Below are positions 1 to 6,210 of a DNA stretch of 64,000 nt, one piece after another. The first letter of the stretch is position 1; the number at the start of each line of letters is the position of its first letter. The position numbers and the translations under genes are program-made. Under the pieces are notes generated by a model, which saw only the letters and a program-made list of their open reading frames with translations, ran no database searches and was not told where the DNA came from. Source of the stretch: Planctomycetota bacterium (GTDB lineage: Bacteria; Planctomycetota; UBA8742; UBA2392); contig JADJRK010000001.1 of assembly GCA_016712285.1 (NCBI GenBank), positions 2,113,098-2,177,097 on the forward strand, given 5' to 3'.

Positions 1-102
1 GCCGCGCGACACCAGCACAAGTGCGCCGCGCAGTACCAGTGTAGTCAGCGGCTGCCATACCCGGTTGAGGGTCAGCACGCGCTCAAGCTCAATGCGGGTC
101 AT
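1..102 (-). CDS. hypothetical protein, N-terminal fragment (gene runs off the window start)
   Basis: ATG (revcomp cat at 100-102) preceded by strong RBS AAAGGAGACGCC. The ORF reads MTRIELERVLTLNRVWQPLTTLVLRGALVLVSRG... to the window edge. Confidence 0.4.
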   Translation of the reverse strand, partial: MTRIELERVLTLNRVWQPLTTLVLRGALVLVSRG

Positions 103-122
103 GGCGTCTCCTTTCTGGTGAG

Positions 123-195
123 TGGTGGCGGCGGAGGGAGTTGAACCCTCAAGCCCGGGATTATGAATCCCGGCTGCGCACCGGCGCGCGCCGCG
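123..195 (-). tRNA. tRNA-Met (anticodon CAT), initiator-like, atypical
   Basis: Minus-strand sense ends ...CGCCGCC-A-CCA; T-arm GAGGG-TTCAACT-CCCTC; anticodon arm CGGGA-TTCATAA-TCCCG with the GGG/CCC pairs typical of initiator tRNA; 1:72 mismatch; D-arm shortened. Confidence 0.55.
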
Positions 196-201
196 AAAAG
201 T

Positions 202-278
202 TGGTGTGCCCGGCAGGGCTTGAACCTGCACCTCGCGGGGTAAGAACCCGCTGCTCTGCCGCTCGAGCTCCAGGCACG
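202..278 (-). tRNA. tRNA-Lys (anticodon CTT)
   Basis: Acceptor GTGCCTG/CGGGCAC-A-CCA; D-arm GCTC..GAGC; anticodon arm GCGGG-TTCTTAC-CCCGC; T-arm CAGG-TTCAAGC-CCTG. Confidence 0.7.
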
Positions 279-284
279 TCGAAT

Positions 285-358
285 GGAGCCGCCGGCGGGA
301 GTTCAACCCGCACCGCGCCGCTACGAGGGGCGCATCCTGGCGTTAGACGACAGCGGCT
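285..358 (-). tRNA. tRNA-like gene, Glu-type scaffold with anticodon CGT (Thr?), atypical, possibly pseudo-tRNA
   Basis: Acceptor GCCGCTG/CGGCGGC-T-CCA; Glu-like D-arm TCGTCTAACGCCAGGAT; anticodon loop CTCGTAG with a C:C closing mismatch; T-loop TTGAACT (G at position 56). Confidence 0.4.
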
Positions 359-359
359 T

Positions 360-433
360 GGTTCCCGGTGGGTGAATCGAACACCCGTCGCTTGTTTGTA
401 AGACAAGGGTCCTGCCATTGGACGAACCGGGAG
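360..433 (-). tRNA. tRNA-Val (anticodon TAC)
   Basis: Acceptor TCCCGGT/ACCGGGA-A-CCA (U1:A72); D-arm GTCC-AATGGCA-GGAC; anticodon arm CTTGT-CTTACAA-ACAAG; T-arm GGGTG-TTCGATT-CACCC. Confidence 0.65.
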
Positions 434-438
434 AATGT

Positions 439-511
439 GGTCGCGGAGGTGGGATTCGAACCCACGGTCTCTTGCTCCCGGGGCAAGCGTCCGGCCTCTG
501 GACTACTCCGC
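439..511 (-). tRNA. tRNA-Pro (anticodon CGG), atypical C33
   Basis: Acceptor CGCGGAG/CTCCGCG-A-CCA (C1:G72 and A73 as in tRNA-Pro); D-arm GTCC-AGAGGCC-GGAC; anticodon arm CTTGC-CCCGGGA-GCAAG; T-arm GTGGG-TTCGAAT-CCCAC. Confidence 0.55.
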
Positions 512-514
512 GAA

Positions 515-561
515 AGCCCGCGCCGGACGGCGCGGGCGCCCGCTGCTTCCGCAGCGGGCTT
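515..561. other. pair of perfect GC-rich hairpins (9-bp stems, 4-nt loops) flanked by A/T runs; terminator-like or processing spacer inside the tRNA array
   Basis: GCCCGCGCC-GGAC-GGCGCGGGC directly followed by GCCCGCTGC-TTCC-GCAGCGGGC then TTT; AAA precedes it, so a TTT run follows on either strand. Confidence 0.5.
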
Positions 562-568
562 TCAGTGT

Positions 569-643
569 TGGTGAGCGTACGGGGAATCGAACCCCGACCT
601 TCTGATTGAGAATCAGAGATCCTGGCCGTTAGACGATACGCCC
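569..643 (-). tRNA. tRNA-Glu (anticodon CTC)
   Basis: Glu-type D-arm TCGTCTAACGGCCAGGATC (compare E. coli TCGTCTAGAGGCCCAGGAC); anticodon arm TCTGA-TTCTCAA-TCAGA; T-arm CGGGG-TTCGATT-CCCCG; ends ...TACGCTC-A-CCA. Confidence 0.75.
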
Positions 644-718
644 TGGCGACCCCACGGGGAGTTGAACCCCGATCTCCCGATAGACAATCGGGCATCGTAG
701 CCGTTGGACCATGGGGCC
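644..718 (-). tRNA. tRNA-Asp (anticodon GTC)
   Basis: Acceptor GGCCCCA/TGGGGTC-G-CCA (G73); anticodon arm CCCGA-TTGTCTA-TCGGG; T-arm CGGGG-TTCAACT-CCCCG; abuts the previous tRNA with 0-nt spacing. Confidence 0.8.
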
Positions 719-721
719 AAG

Positions 722-795
722 TGGTAGAGACACGTGGAGTCGAACCACGATCGGTCGATTATCAATCGACTGCTCTGCCATTGAGCTATGCCTCT
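722..795 (-). tRNA. tRNA-Ile (anticodon GAT)
   Basis: D-arm TAGCTCAATGGCAGAGC; anticodon arm GTCGA-TTGATAA-TCGAC; T-arm CGTGG-TTCGACT-CCACG; acceptor AGAGGCA/TGTCTCT-A-CCA (A1:U72). Confidence 0.7.
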
Positions 796-800
796 GAATC

Positions 801-874
801 TGGCTGGCTCGGGTGGACTCGAACCACCATCACAAGCTCCGCAAGCTTGCGTCCTTTCCTTTAGACGACGAGCC
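801..874 (-). tRNA. tRNA-Arg (anticodon GCG) on a Gln/Glu-like body, atypical
   Basis: Acceptor TGGCTCG/CGAGCCA-G-CCA (U1:A72, G73); D-arm GTCT-AAAGGAAA-GGAC; anticodon arm CAAGC-TTGCGGA-GCTTG; T-arm GGTGG-TTCGAGT-CCACC. Confidence 0.5.
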
Positions 875-882
875 ATGAGTGT

Positions 883-925
883 GGAGCCCGCCTTCGCCAA
901 GGCTTCGGCGGGCATGCCTGCGGGC
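883..925. repeat. REP-like palindromic repeat, copy 1
   Basis: GCCCGCCTTCGCCAAGGCTTCGGCGGGCATGCCTGCGGGCG; 7-bp outer stem GCCCGCC/GGCGGGC; core CTTCGCCAAGGCTT shared with copies at 1046, 1207 (inverted) and 1305. Confidence 0.6.
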
Positions 926-961
926 GTCAAATGCTGGACAGGCGCCCTCCGGGTGGAAGGC

Positions 962-1036
962 TGGTGGACCGGCTGGGAGTTCAACCCAGTCTGCGTGCTT
1001 GCAAGGCACGCGTGCTCGCGTTGACACTACCGGCCC
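962..1036 (-). tRNA. tRNA-Cys (anticodon GCA), atypical T-loop
   Basis: Acceptor GGGCCGG/CCGGTCC-A-CCA; anticodon arm CGTGC-CTTGCAA-GCACG; T-arm CTGGG-TTGAACT-CCCAG (G56 instead of C56). Confidence 0.6.
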
Positions 1037-1045
1037 ATAGTGTTG

Positions 1046-1088
1046 CGTCCGCCTTCGCCAAGGCTTTGGCGGACAGTGGCCGCGCCAT
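1046..1088. repeat. REP-like palindromic repeat, copy 2
   Basis: GTCCGCCTTCGCCAAGGCTTTGGCGGACAGTGGCCGCG. Confidence 0.6.
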
Positions 1089-1099
1089 TGCGCAGCAAC

Positions 1100-1174
1100 T
1101 GGAGCCCCCGGGCGGAATCGAACCGACCGTCCCCTGACTGGCAATCAGGAATTCTGCCACTGAACCACGAGGGC
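1100..1174 (-). tRNA. tRNA-Gly (anticodon GCC)
   Basis: Acceptor GCCCTCG/CGGGGGC-T-CCA (U73 as in tRNA-Gly); D-arm GGTTCAGTGGCAGAATTCC; anticodon arm CCTGA-TTGCCAG-TCAGG; T-arm CGG-TTCGATT-CCG. Confidence 0.8.
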
Positions 1175-1206
1175 TTTGTATTTCGGCGCAGTTGTCAAAG
1201 AACTGG

Positions 1207-1240
1207 CTTGCCAGCCGAAGCCTTGGCGAAGGCTGGTGTG
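1207..1240. repeat. REP-like palindromic repeat, copy 3 (inverted orientation), overlapping the 3' end of tRNA-Phe
   Basis: CCAGCCGAAGCCTTGGCGAAGGCTGG is the reverse complement of the CCAGCCTTCGCCAAGGCTTCGGCTGG core. Confidence 0.55.
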
Positions 1241-1307
1241 CCGGCGTGGACTTGAACCACGATTTCCGCGGCTTCAACGCGGCGCTCTACCGTTGAGCTA
1301 CCGGCAC
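1234..1307 (-). tRNA. tRNA-Phe (anticodon GAA)
   Basis: Acceptor GTGCCGG/CCGGCAC-A-CCA; D-arm TAGCTCAACGGTAGAGC; anticodon arm CCGCG-TTGAAGC-CGCGG; T-arm CGTGG-TTCAAGT-CCACG. Confidence 0.8.
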
Positions 1308-1350
1308 CCGCCTTCGCGAACGCTTTGGCAGACATGCCTGGGTGCGGGCG
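1305..1350. repeat. REP-like palindromic repeat, copy 4, overlapping the 3' end of tRNA-His
   Basis: CACCCGCCTTCGCGAACGCTTTGGCAGACATGCCTGGGTGCGGGCG; shares the CATGCCTG..GCGGGCG tail with copy 1. Confidence 0.55.
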
Positions 1351-1411
1351 CGGAGTCGAACCGCGCCTTCGCTTTCACAGAGCGACATGCATCCGCTACA
1401 CCAACCCGCAC
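1339..1411 (-). tRNA. tRNA-His (anticodon GTG) with encoded G-1
   Basis: Anticodon arm TCGCT-CTGTGAA-AGCGA; T-arm CGCGG-TTCGACT-CCGCG; 3' end ...CCCGCAC-CCA with an extra 5' G pairing the discriminator, as in bacterial tRNA-His. Confidence 0.7.
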
Positions 1412-1417
1412 ATAACG

Positions 1418-1450
1418 CAGCGGGGACCCGTCACCGGGTCCCCGCTTTCA
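1418..1450. other. GC-rich hairpin 6 bp upstream of the tRNA-His 5' end (TTT run on plus strand only)
   Basis: GCGGGGACCC-GTCACC-GGGTCCCCGC followed by TTTCAG on the plus strand. Confidence 0.45.
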
Positions 1451-1584
1451 GCGCATACGCGCCTTCAAAGCGTCGGACCCCCTGGGCCATGACCGCGCAG
1501 TGCCCGCTCACGGCGGGGCGCGAAATCTCGGATGGCGTTTGGCTGCGACACGATCATCTCCTTGGACGCGAGCTTACCGCACGT

Positions 1585-1622
1585 ATATTGACGTGTCAAT
1601 ACTTTTATTGACGCGTCAATAC
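1585..1622. promoter_or_regulatory. two 17-bp palindromic operator-like sites, 21 bp centre to centre
   Basis: TATTGACGTGTCAATAC and TATTGACGCGTCAATAC (TTGACGCGTCAA is a perfect palindrome), separated by TTT. Minus-strand reading contains TTGACA -35-like hexamers. Sits ~175 bp upstream of the tRNA array and ~40 bp downstream of the rtcA stop. Confidence 0.5.
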
Positions 1623-1658
1623 TGTAACGCCTGCCAGTTCCTGCGGGTTTCAACTATT

Positions 1659-2663
1659 TCATGGCGCAACGGTCACGCGCCATGCGCCATCGTGCTCAGC
1701 GATGTCAATCTCGACGTCCAGAAAGCGGCGGATCGTCTCGATGTTCGTCGTTGTGTGCAGCGTGGGCTTCAGCGTCGTGAAACTGCCGCCGGCGCCCAGC
1801 GCCATCGGCAGCAGCAACTGGTCAGCCAGGTGCTCACCCACCGGAGCCTCTGACTTCAGATAAGTCTTCATCTCGCGCACAGCCTCTTTGGCCACGGTCT
1901 CTGCGGCTTTGCCGCGCTTTCCGAAAGCGGTGACGACTTCCGTGATATGCTCGCCGCGCGCAAACACGCACACCGCGTTGCCGGGGCCCAAGCCGCGCGG
2001 GCGTTCCTGGCGCAGATCGCTTACATTCAACGCGCGCCCGATGATGCCGAGTTCGCGCTCGCCGACGTTTTCGGGCAGGTTGGCGACGTAGGCCACAGCC
2101 GCCAGCGCCACTACACCACGCTCGTGCAGCTTGAGCCGCTCGCGCACCGTCCACGGCTGGATCTGCGCGTGAATCTCCCCGCCACCGGCTGGGAAGAACC
2201 CCAGTCGCTCGGCCCGCAGTTCGACTTCAATGCCTGCACGCGCAACGACAGGCAGAAACGAGTGCAGCAGAAAATCCAGTGGCGGGGCCCAGGCGTTGTG
2301 CGTGCCGCCCTCGACGCTCACGTGGCTTTCGCTGTCAGCATGCAGCAGCGGGTACAGCACCGTTTGCAGCACCAGCGAAGCGCTGCCCGCCGAGCCAACA
2401 CTGAACCGGTACTTGCCCGGGTAGATGCCCTGCGGCGCAAATGCCAGGTCGCGGCTGCCGATCTCGTCGCCGGTGACGTCAGCGTTGCTGACCTGCTGCG
2501 CAGCACGCACACACGCCAGGTGCTGCTTGCCCAGCCCCGGCTTTTCGCGGCCGGCACGAATGTTGAACAGACGAAACGGCTGGCGCGTGACAATCGAAAG
2601 CGCGAGCGAGGTGCGAAGCACCTGCCCGCCGCCTTCGCCCGCGCTGCCGTCAATCTCGATCAT
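1659..2663 (-). CDS. rtcA: RNA 3'-terminal phosphate cyclase RtcA
   Basis: 334 aa; N-terminus MIEIDGSAGEGGGQVLRTSLALS is the RtcA family signature; start is 1 bp after the rtcB stop (operon). Confidence 0.9.
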   Translation of the reverse strand: MIEIDGSAGEGGGQVLRTSLALSIVTRQPFRLFNIRAGREKPGLGKQHLACVRAAQQVSNADVTGDEIGSRDLAFAPQGIYPGKYRFSVGSAGSASLVLQTVLYPLLHADSESHVSVEGGTHNAWAPPLDFLLHSFLPVVARAGIEVELRAERLGFFPAGGGEIHAQIQPWTVRERLKLHERGVVALAAVAYVANLPENVGERELGIIGRALNVSDLRQERPRGLGPGNAVCVFARGEHITEVVTAFGKRGKAAETVAKEAVREMKTYLKSEAPVGEHLADQLLLPMALGAGGSFTTLKPTLHTTTNIETIRRFLDVEIDIAEHDGAWRVTVAP

Positions 2664-2664
2664 G

Positions 2665-3888
2665 TCAACCCTTCACGCACACGACCTGCTTCAGTGTGTG
2701 CAGGATCTCGACCAGGTCGCTCTGGGCCTCCATCACCGCGTCGATGTCCTTGTACGCAGCCGGCGTTTCGTCGATCACGTCCTTATCTTTGCGGCACTCG
2801 ACGCCCGCCGTGGCAGCCTCGTGGTCTTTCACCGTGAACTTCTTGCGCGCCTCGTTGCGGCTCATGACGCGGCCCGCGCCGTGGCTGCACGAGTGGAAGC
2901 TCTCCTCGCAGCCCTTGCCGCACACGATGTAGCTGCGGGCACCCATGCTGCCGGGAATGATGCCGAGCTCGCCCTTGCGGGCTGACACGGCGCCTTTGCG
3001 CGTGACGAACACCTGCTCGCCGTAATGCTCTTCGCGCTGCACGTAGTTGTGGTGGCAGTTCACGGCCATCAGCTCGGCGTTGAATTCGGGCACCAGGCCC
3101 GTGATCGCAACGGCATTGATCACCGCGCGCATCATGCACTCGCGGTTGATACGTGCATACTCCTGCGCCCAATGCACGGCTTCGACGTAGTCGTCAAAGT
3201 GCTCGGTGCCTTCGTCAAGATATGCCAGGTTTTCATCGGGCAGGTTCTTCATGTGCTGGCGCATGTCGTTCTTCGCAAGCTGGATGAAGTAGGTCCCGAT
3301 GCGGTTGCCCACGCCGCGCGAGCCGCTGTGCAGCATGAACCACACGTGGCCTGCCTCGTCGAGGCAGACCTCGATGAAATGGTTGCCCGTGCCAAGCGTG
3401 CCAAGCTGGCCGGCGGGATGGGCGTTGCGCTCAAGCTTGGGGTACTTGTCGGTGATTGCCTTGTAGCCCGCTTCCAGGGCCTTGTACGCCGCCGCCACGT
3501 GCTCGGGCGGGTCGTTCCAGGCGCCGCGGTCGTTGCGGCCGCCACGGTCGGTGCGACCGTGCGGCACGGCGCGCTCAATCGCGCCGCGAATCGGCAGCAG
3601 GTTGTCGGGCAGGTGCTCGGCTTTCAACGAGGTCTTCACGGCGCACATGCCGCAGCCGATGTCCACACCCACGGCCGCGGGAATGATCGCGGCCTTGGTC
3701 GGCACAACGCTGCCGACGGTCGCGCCGAGGCCCCAGTGCACGTCGGGCATGGCGGCGACCCACTTGTGGATGATCGGCAGCTTGGCGGTGTTGATCAGCT
3801 GCTGCTCGGCGTTGGCGTCGAAGTGAACGCCCTCAATCCACGCCTTGATCGGCTTGGCACCCTTATGAGTAATCATCTTGTACGGCAT
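2665..3888 (-). CDS. rtcB: RNA-splicing ligase RtcB
   Basis: RtcB family throughout (MPYKMITHKGAKPIKAWIEGVHFD..., NHFIEV, HNY, C-terminal HSCSHGAGR). The ORF extends to 4293 but the true start is placed at MPYKM (3888), giving the canonical 408 aa, with GAGGAC upstream. Confidence 0.9.
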   Translation of the reverse strand: MPYKMITHKGAKPIKAWIEGVHFDANAEQQLINTAKLPIIHKWVAAMPDVHWGLGATVGSVVPTKAAIIPAAVGVDIGCGMCAVKTSLKAEHLPDNLLPIRGAIERAVPHGRTDRGGRNDRGAWNDPPEHVAAAYKALEAGYKAITDKYPKLERNAHPAGQLGTLGTGNHFIEVCLDEAGHVWFMLHSGSRGVGNRIGTYFIQLAKNDMRQHMKNLPDENLAYLDEGTEHFDDYVEAVHWAQEYARINRECMMRAVINAVAITGLVPEFNAELMAVNCHHNYVQREEHYGEQVFVTRKGAVSARKGELGIIPGSMGARSYIVCGKGCEESFHSCSHGAGRVMSRNEARKKFTVKDHEAATAGVECRKDKDVIDETPAAYKDIDAVMEAQSDLVEILHTLKQVVCVKG

Positions 3889-3938
3889 GGCGTCCTCGGT
3901 CAGTACTGTACCGGAACGCAGACGGGTTGCACGCTGGT

Positions 3939-4880
3939 TCAGGCCGCCAGCCCTTCCAGCAGCATGCGCCAGGACTGCTGCTCGCGGGCCGGGTCGATCA
4001 GCGGGCGTTTGGCTTCGCAGCGCTGTTGCAGCTCGTTGTAGAAATCTCTGTCTGACTCGGCGCGCTGCAGCAAGCGCGCCAACGCTTGCGTGTCCCCCAC
4101 CTCGAACAAGCCGGGATAATCCGCACCCATGATGCCGATCGATGCGCCCATGCGACTCAGGATCGCCGGCGTGCCGCAGGCAATTGCCTCGGTCAGCACG
4201 TTGGCGCCGCCTTCCATGACTGACGTCAGCACCATCAGGTGCGATGACGCGAGCACATGCAGCGTTTCTTCGCGCGTGACTTCGCCGCGCCACTCGTAGC
4301 GCGGGTTTGCGCGCACTTCTTGTTCGGCGCGCGAGCGCATCTCCGGGTCCAGCGCGCTGCCCAAATGCACGACGCGGACGCGCGAGTCCGGCGGCAAAAG
4401 GCGCAGCGCCTCTGCCGTGCGAAACGGGTCCTTTACTTCGCGCAGGTGCCCGATCACGCAGGCCCGGAAATGATCCGATGGCCGTGGCGGCGCGTCGACC
4501 GGGGCAACAGCCGACTGGTAAATCACATGGGCGCGCTCGCGGTACTCGGGCGCCAGCTGCGTCAGCGCGTGCGGCTGCAGCACGATAAAACGATCTGCAA
4601 GCCTGACCGACAACTGCGCTTCTTCGTCGACCTGCACGTCGCGATAGATGTCGGTGCCGGTGAGCGCAAGCACGACGGGACGGCCGGGAAACTCGGCTTT
4701 GAACTTCAGGATTTCAGGATGGCTGTGCTTGGCGTGCAGCGCGACGAGCACGTCGGCGCCGTGGTCCACGAGCGTGTGCCCGAGTTGCCCGAAGATGTCG
4801 GCCCAGCGATCGGCGGTGATGCCGTTACCGCGGCGCGTGTGGCTGAACGGCGTGTGCAATTGAATCTTCAAAGGGCGCAT
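3939..4880 (-). CDS. senB: GT-B family 4 glycosyltransferase, SenB-like (selenosugar synthase candidate)
   Basis: ~313 aa; GT4 motif EGGANVLTEAIACGTPAILS; size and position next to an EgtB/SenA-family gene match selenoneine SenB. Start chosen at MRPLKIQL just downstream of the neighbour's stop. Confidence 0.5.
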   Translation of the reverse strand: MRPLKIQLHTPFSHTRRGNGITADRWADIFGQLGHTLVDHGADVLVALHAKHSHPEILKFKAEFPGRPVVLALTGTDIYRDVQVDEEAQLSVRLADRFIVLQPHALTQLAPEYRERAHVIYQSAVAPVDAPPRPSDHFRACVIGHLREVKDPFRTAEALRLLPPDSRVRVVHLGSALDPEMRSRAEQEVRANPRYEWRGEVTREETLHVLASSHLMVLTSVMEGGANVLTEAIACGTPAILSRMGASIGIMGADYPGLFEVGDTQALARLLQRAESDRDFYNELQQRCEAKRPLIDPAREQQSWRMLLEGLAA

Positions 4881-6163
4881 GTACGGAACCCGGCAAGAAT
4901 GTCGTTGCGATGGGGCGTGTAGAAGTTGCGCCAGGTGTTGCGAATCAGGCGCGAGCGCGTGCAATACGTGCCGCCACGCAGCGCCTTGAAGCCGACGAAC
5001 CAGGGCTCGCTGTATTCGCTGTACATGTCAGCGACGAAACCCGGATAGCCCTTGAACTCGGTGTCTGTCCACTCCCACACGTTGCCCAGCATCTGGCGCA
5101 CACCGAACGCGCTGTCGCCTGCCGCGTGCGCACCGACATCCACTGTGCCCGGCACGCGGGTATCGAGGTTGCCGTGCTCGGGGCGCGGCGGTTCGTCGCC
5201 CCACGGGTAAAGCCGCTTGCGCGGGCCCAGGCCGCCCTTGCCGTTTGGTTCGCAGCTTGCGGCGCATTCCCATTCGGCTTCGGTGGGCAGCCGGCGGCCG
5301 GCCCAGCGGCACCAGGCCTGCGCTTCGTACCAGCTTACGTGAATCACGGCGCGGTGCGGCTCAAGCGGCACCCACTTGTCGAACTGCCGGCGTTGCCACG
5401 CGCCGCCCTGCTTGCGCCAATACACCGGGTGCGCGCGCCCGTGTGCGATGCGCCACGCCCAGCCCTGTTCTCCCCAGTGCCTTGGATCCTCATAGCCGCC
5501 GTCGTCGACGAACGCGGCGAACTGCGACTGGCTGACGGCTGCACGGGCGATCTTGAACGGTTGCACCGTCACCGGGTGGGCCCACTTTTCGTTGTCAAAG
5601 ACGAACACGGCGTCTTTGGATGCACCAAGCATGAACGTGCCGCCGGGGATTTCAGCGTCGCCATCGAGTGGACCGGCCTCGGGAAAAACAGGGACAGGCA
5701 CCGTTGGTGCCTGTCCCTGTTTTTCGAGCTTGGGCTCGGGGTAGCCGAGTGTCTGGCGGGTGTAAGTGAACGCCTCGCCGTGCATGTCTTCGTGGTAGAT
5801 GGCGTAGCGCGTGAGGTAGAAGTCTTCAGGCGACAAACCGTCGGCGACGCGGTCGTGGATGGCCTTGCAGTACGCCAGCGTGTCCTCAAAAGAGGGCAGC
5901 GGCAGGTTCCAGCGCGTGGTGTGGGCAATGCTGATCGAGTCAAACAGCGCGTCTTCGTCCGGGCGTGTCGGCGGCAAGCCGCGCCTCTCACGCAGCACCC
6001 ACCGCGAGTAGAAGTAACTGGCGTGGCCGATTTCCCAGCGCAGGGGGTTCACAGTGGGCAAGTACGGGCCCATGAGCTGTGCTGGCGAAAGGTCAGTCAC
6101 CAGCGCCCGGCAACGCTGATGGGAGTCGTACAGTGCAGCAATCAGTGTGTCCGCATCGTTCAT
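4868..6163 (-). CDS. senA: EgtB/SenA-family sulfoxide (selenoxide) synthase (DinB-like N-domain plus FGE-sulfatase domain)
   Basis: 431 aa. DinB_2-type N-terminus with two HxxxE metal-binding motifs (HASYFYSRW, HTTRW, HEDMHGE); FGE-sulfatase-like C-terminus (RRLPTEAEWECAA, RGGTYCTRSRLIRNTWRNFYTPHRNDILAGFRTC). EgtB vs SenA cannot be distinguished from sequence alone. Confidence 0.65.
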   Translation of the reverse strand: MNDADTLIAALYDSHQRCRALVTDLSPAQLMGPYLPTVNPLRWEIGHASYFYSRWVLRERRGLPPTRPDEDALFDSISIAHTTRWNLPLPSFEDTLAYCKAIHDRVADGLSPEDFYLTRYAIYHEDMHGEAFTYTRQTLGYPEPKLEKQGQAPTVPVPVFPEAGPLDGDAEIPGGTFMLGASKDAVFVFDNEKWAHPVTVQPFKIARAAVSQSQFAAFVDDGGYEDPRHWGEQGWAWRIAHGRAHPVYWRKQGGAWQRRQFDKWVPLEPHRAVIHVSWYEAQAWCRWAGRRLPTEAEWECAASCEPNGKGGLGPRKRLYPWGDEPPRPEHGNLDTRVPGTVDVGAHAAGDSAFGVRQMLGNVWEWTDTEFKGYPGFVADMYSEYSEPWFVGFKALRGGTYCTRSRLIRNTWRNFYTPHRNDILAGFRTCAL

Positions 6164-6210
6164 GCTGACACGCTAACCAGCGCAGCGAAGTCGCGAAAGG
6201 CGCAGGCGAA

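Noticed and set aside
3889-4293. 135-aa N-terminal extension of the RtcB ORF
   Set aside because: It overlaps the senB-like gene end and is Arg-rich. RtcB homology starts exactly at MPYKM, which gives the canonical 408 aa.
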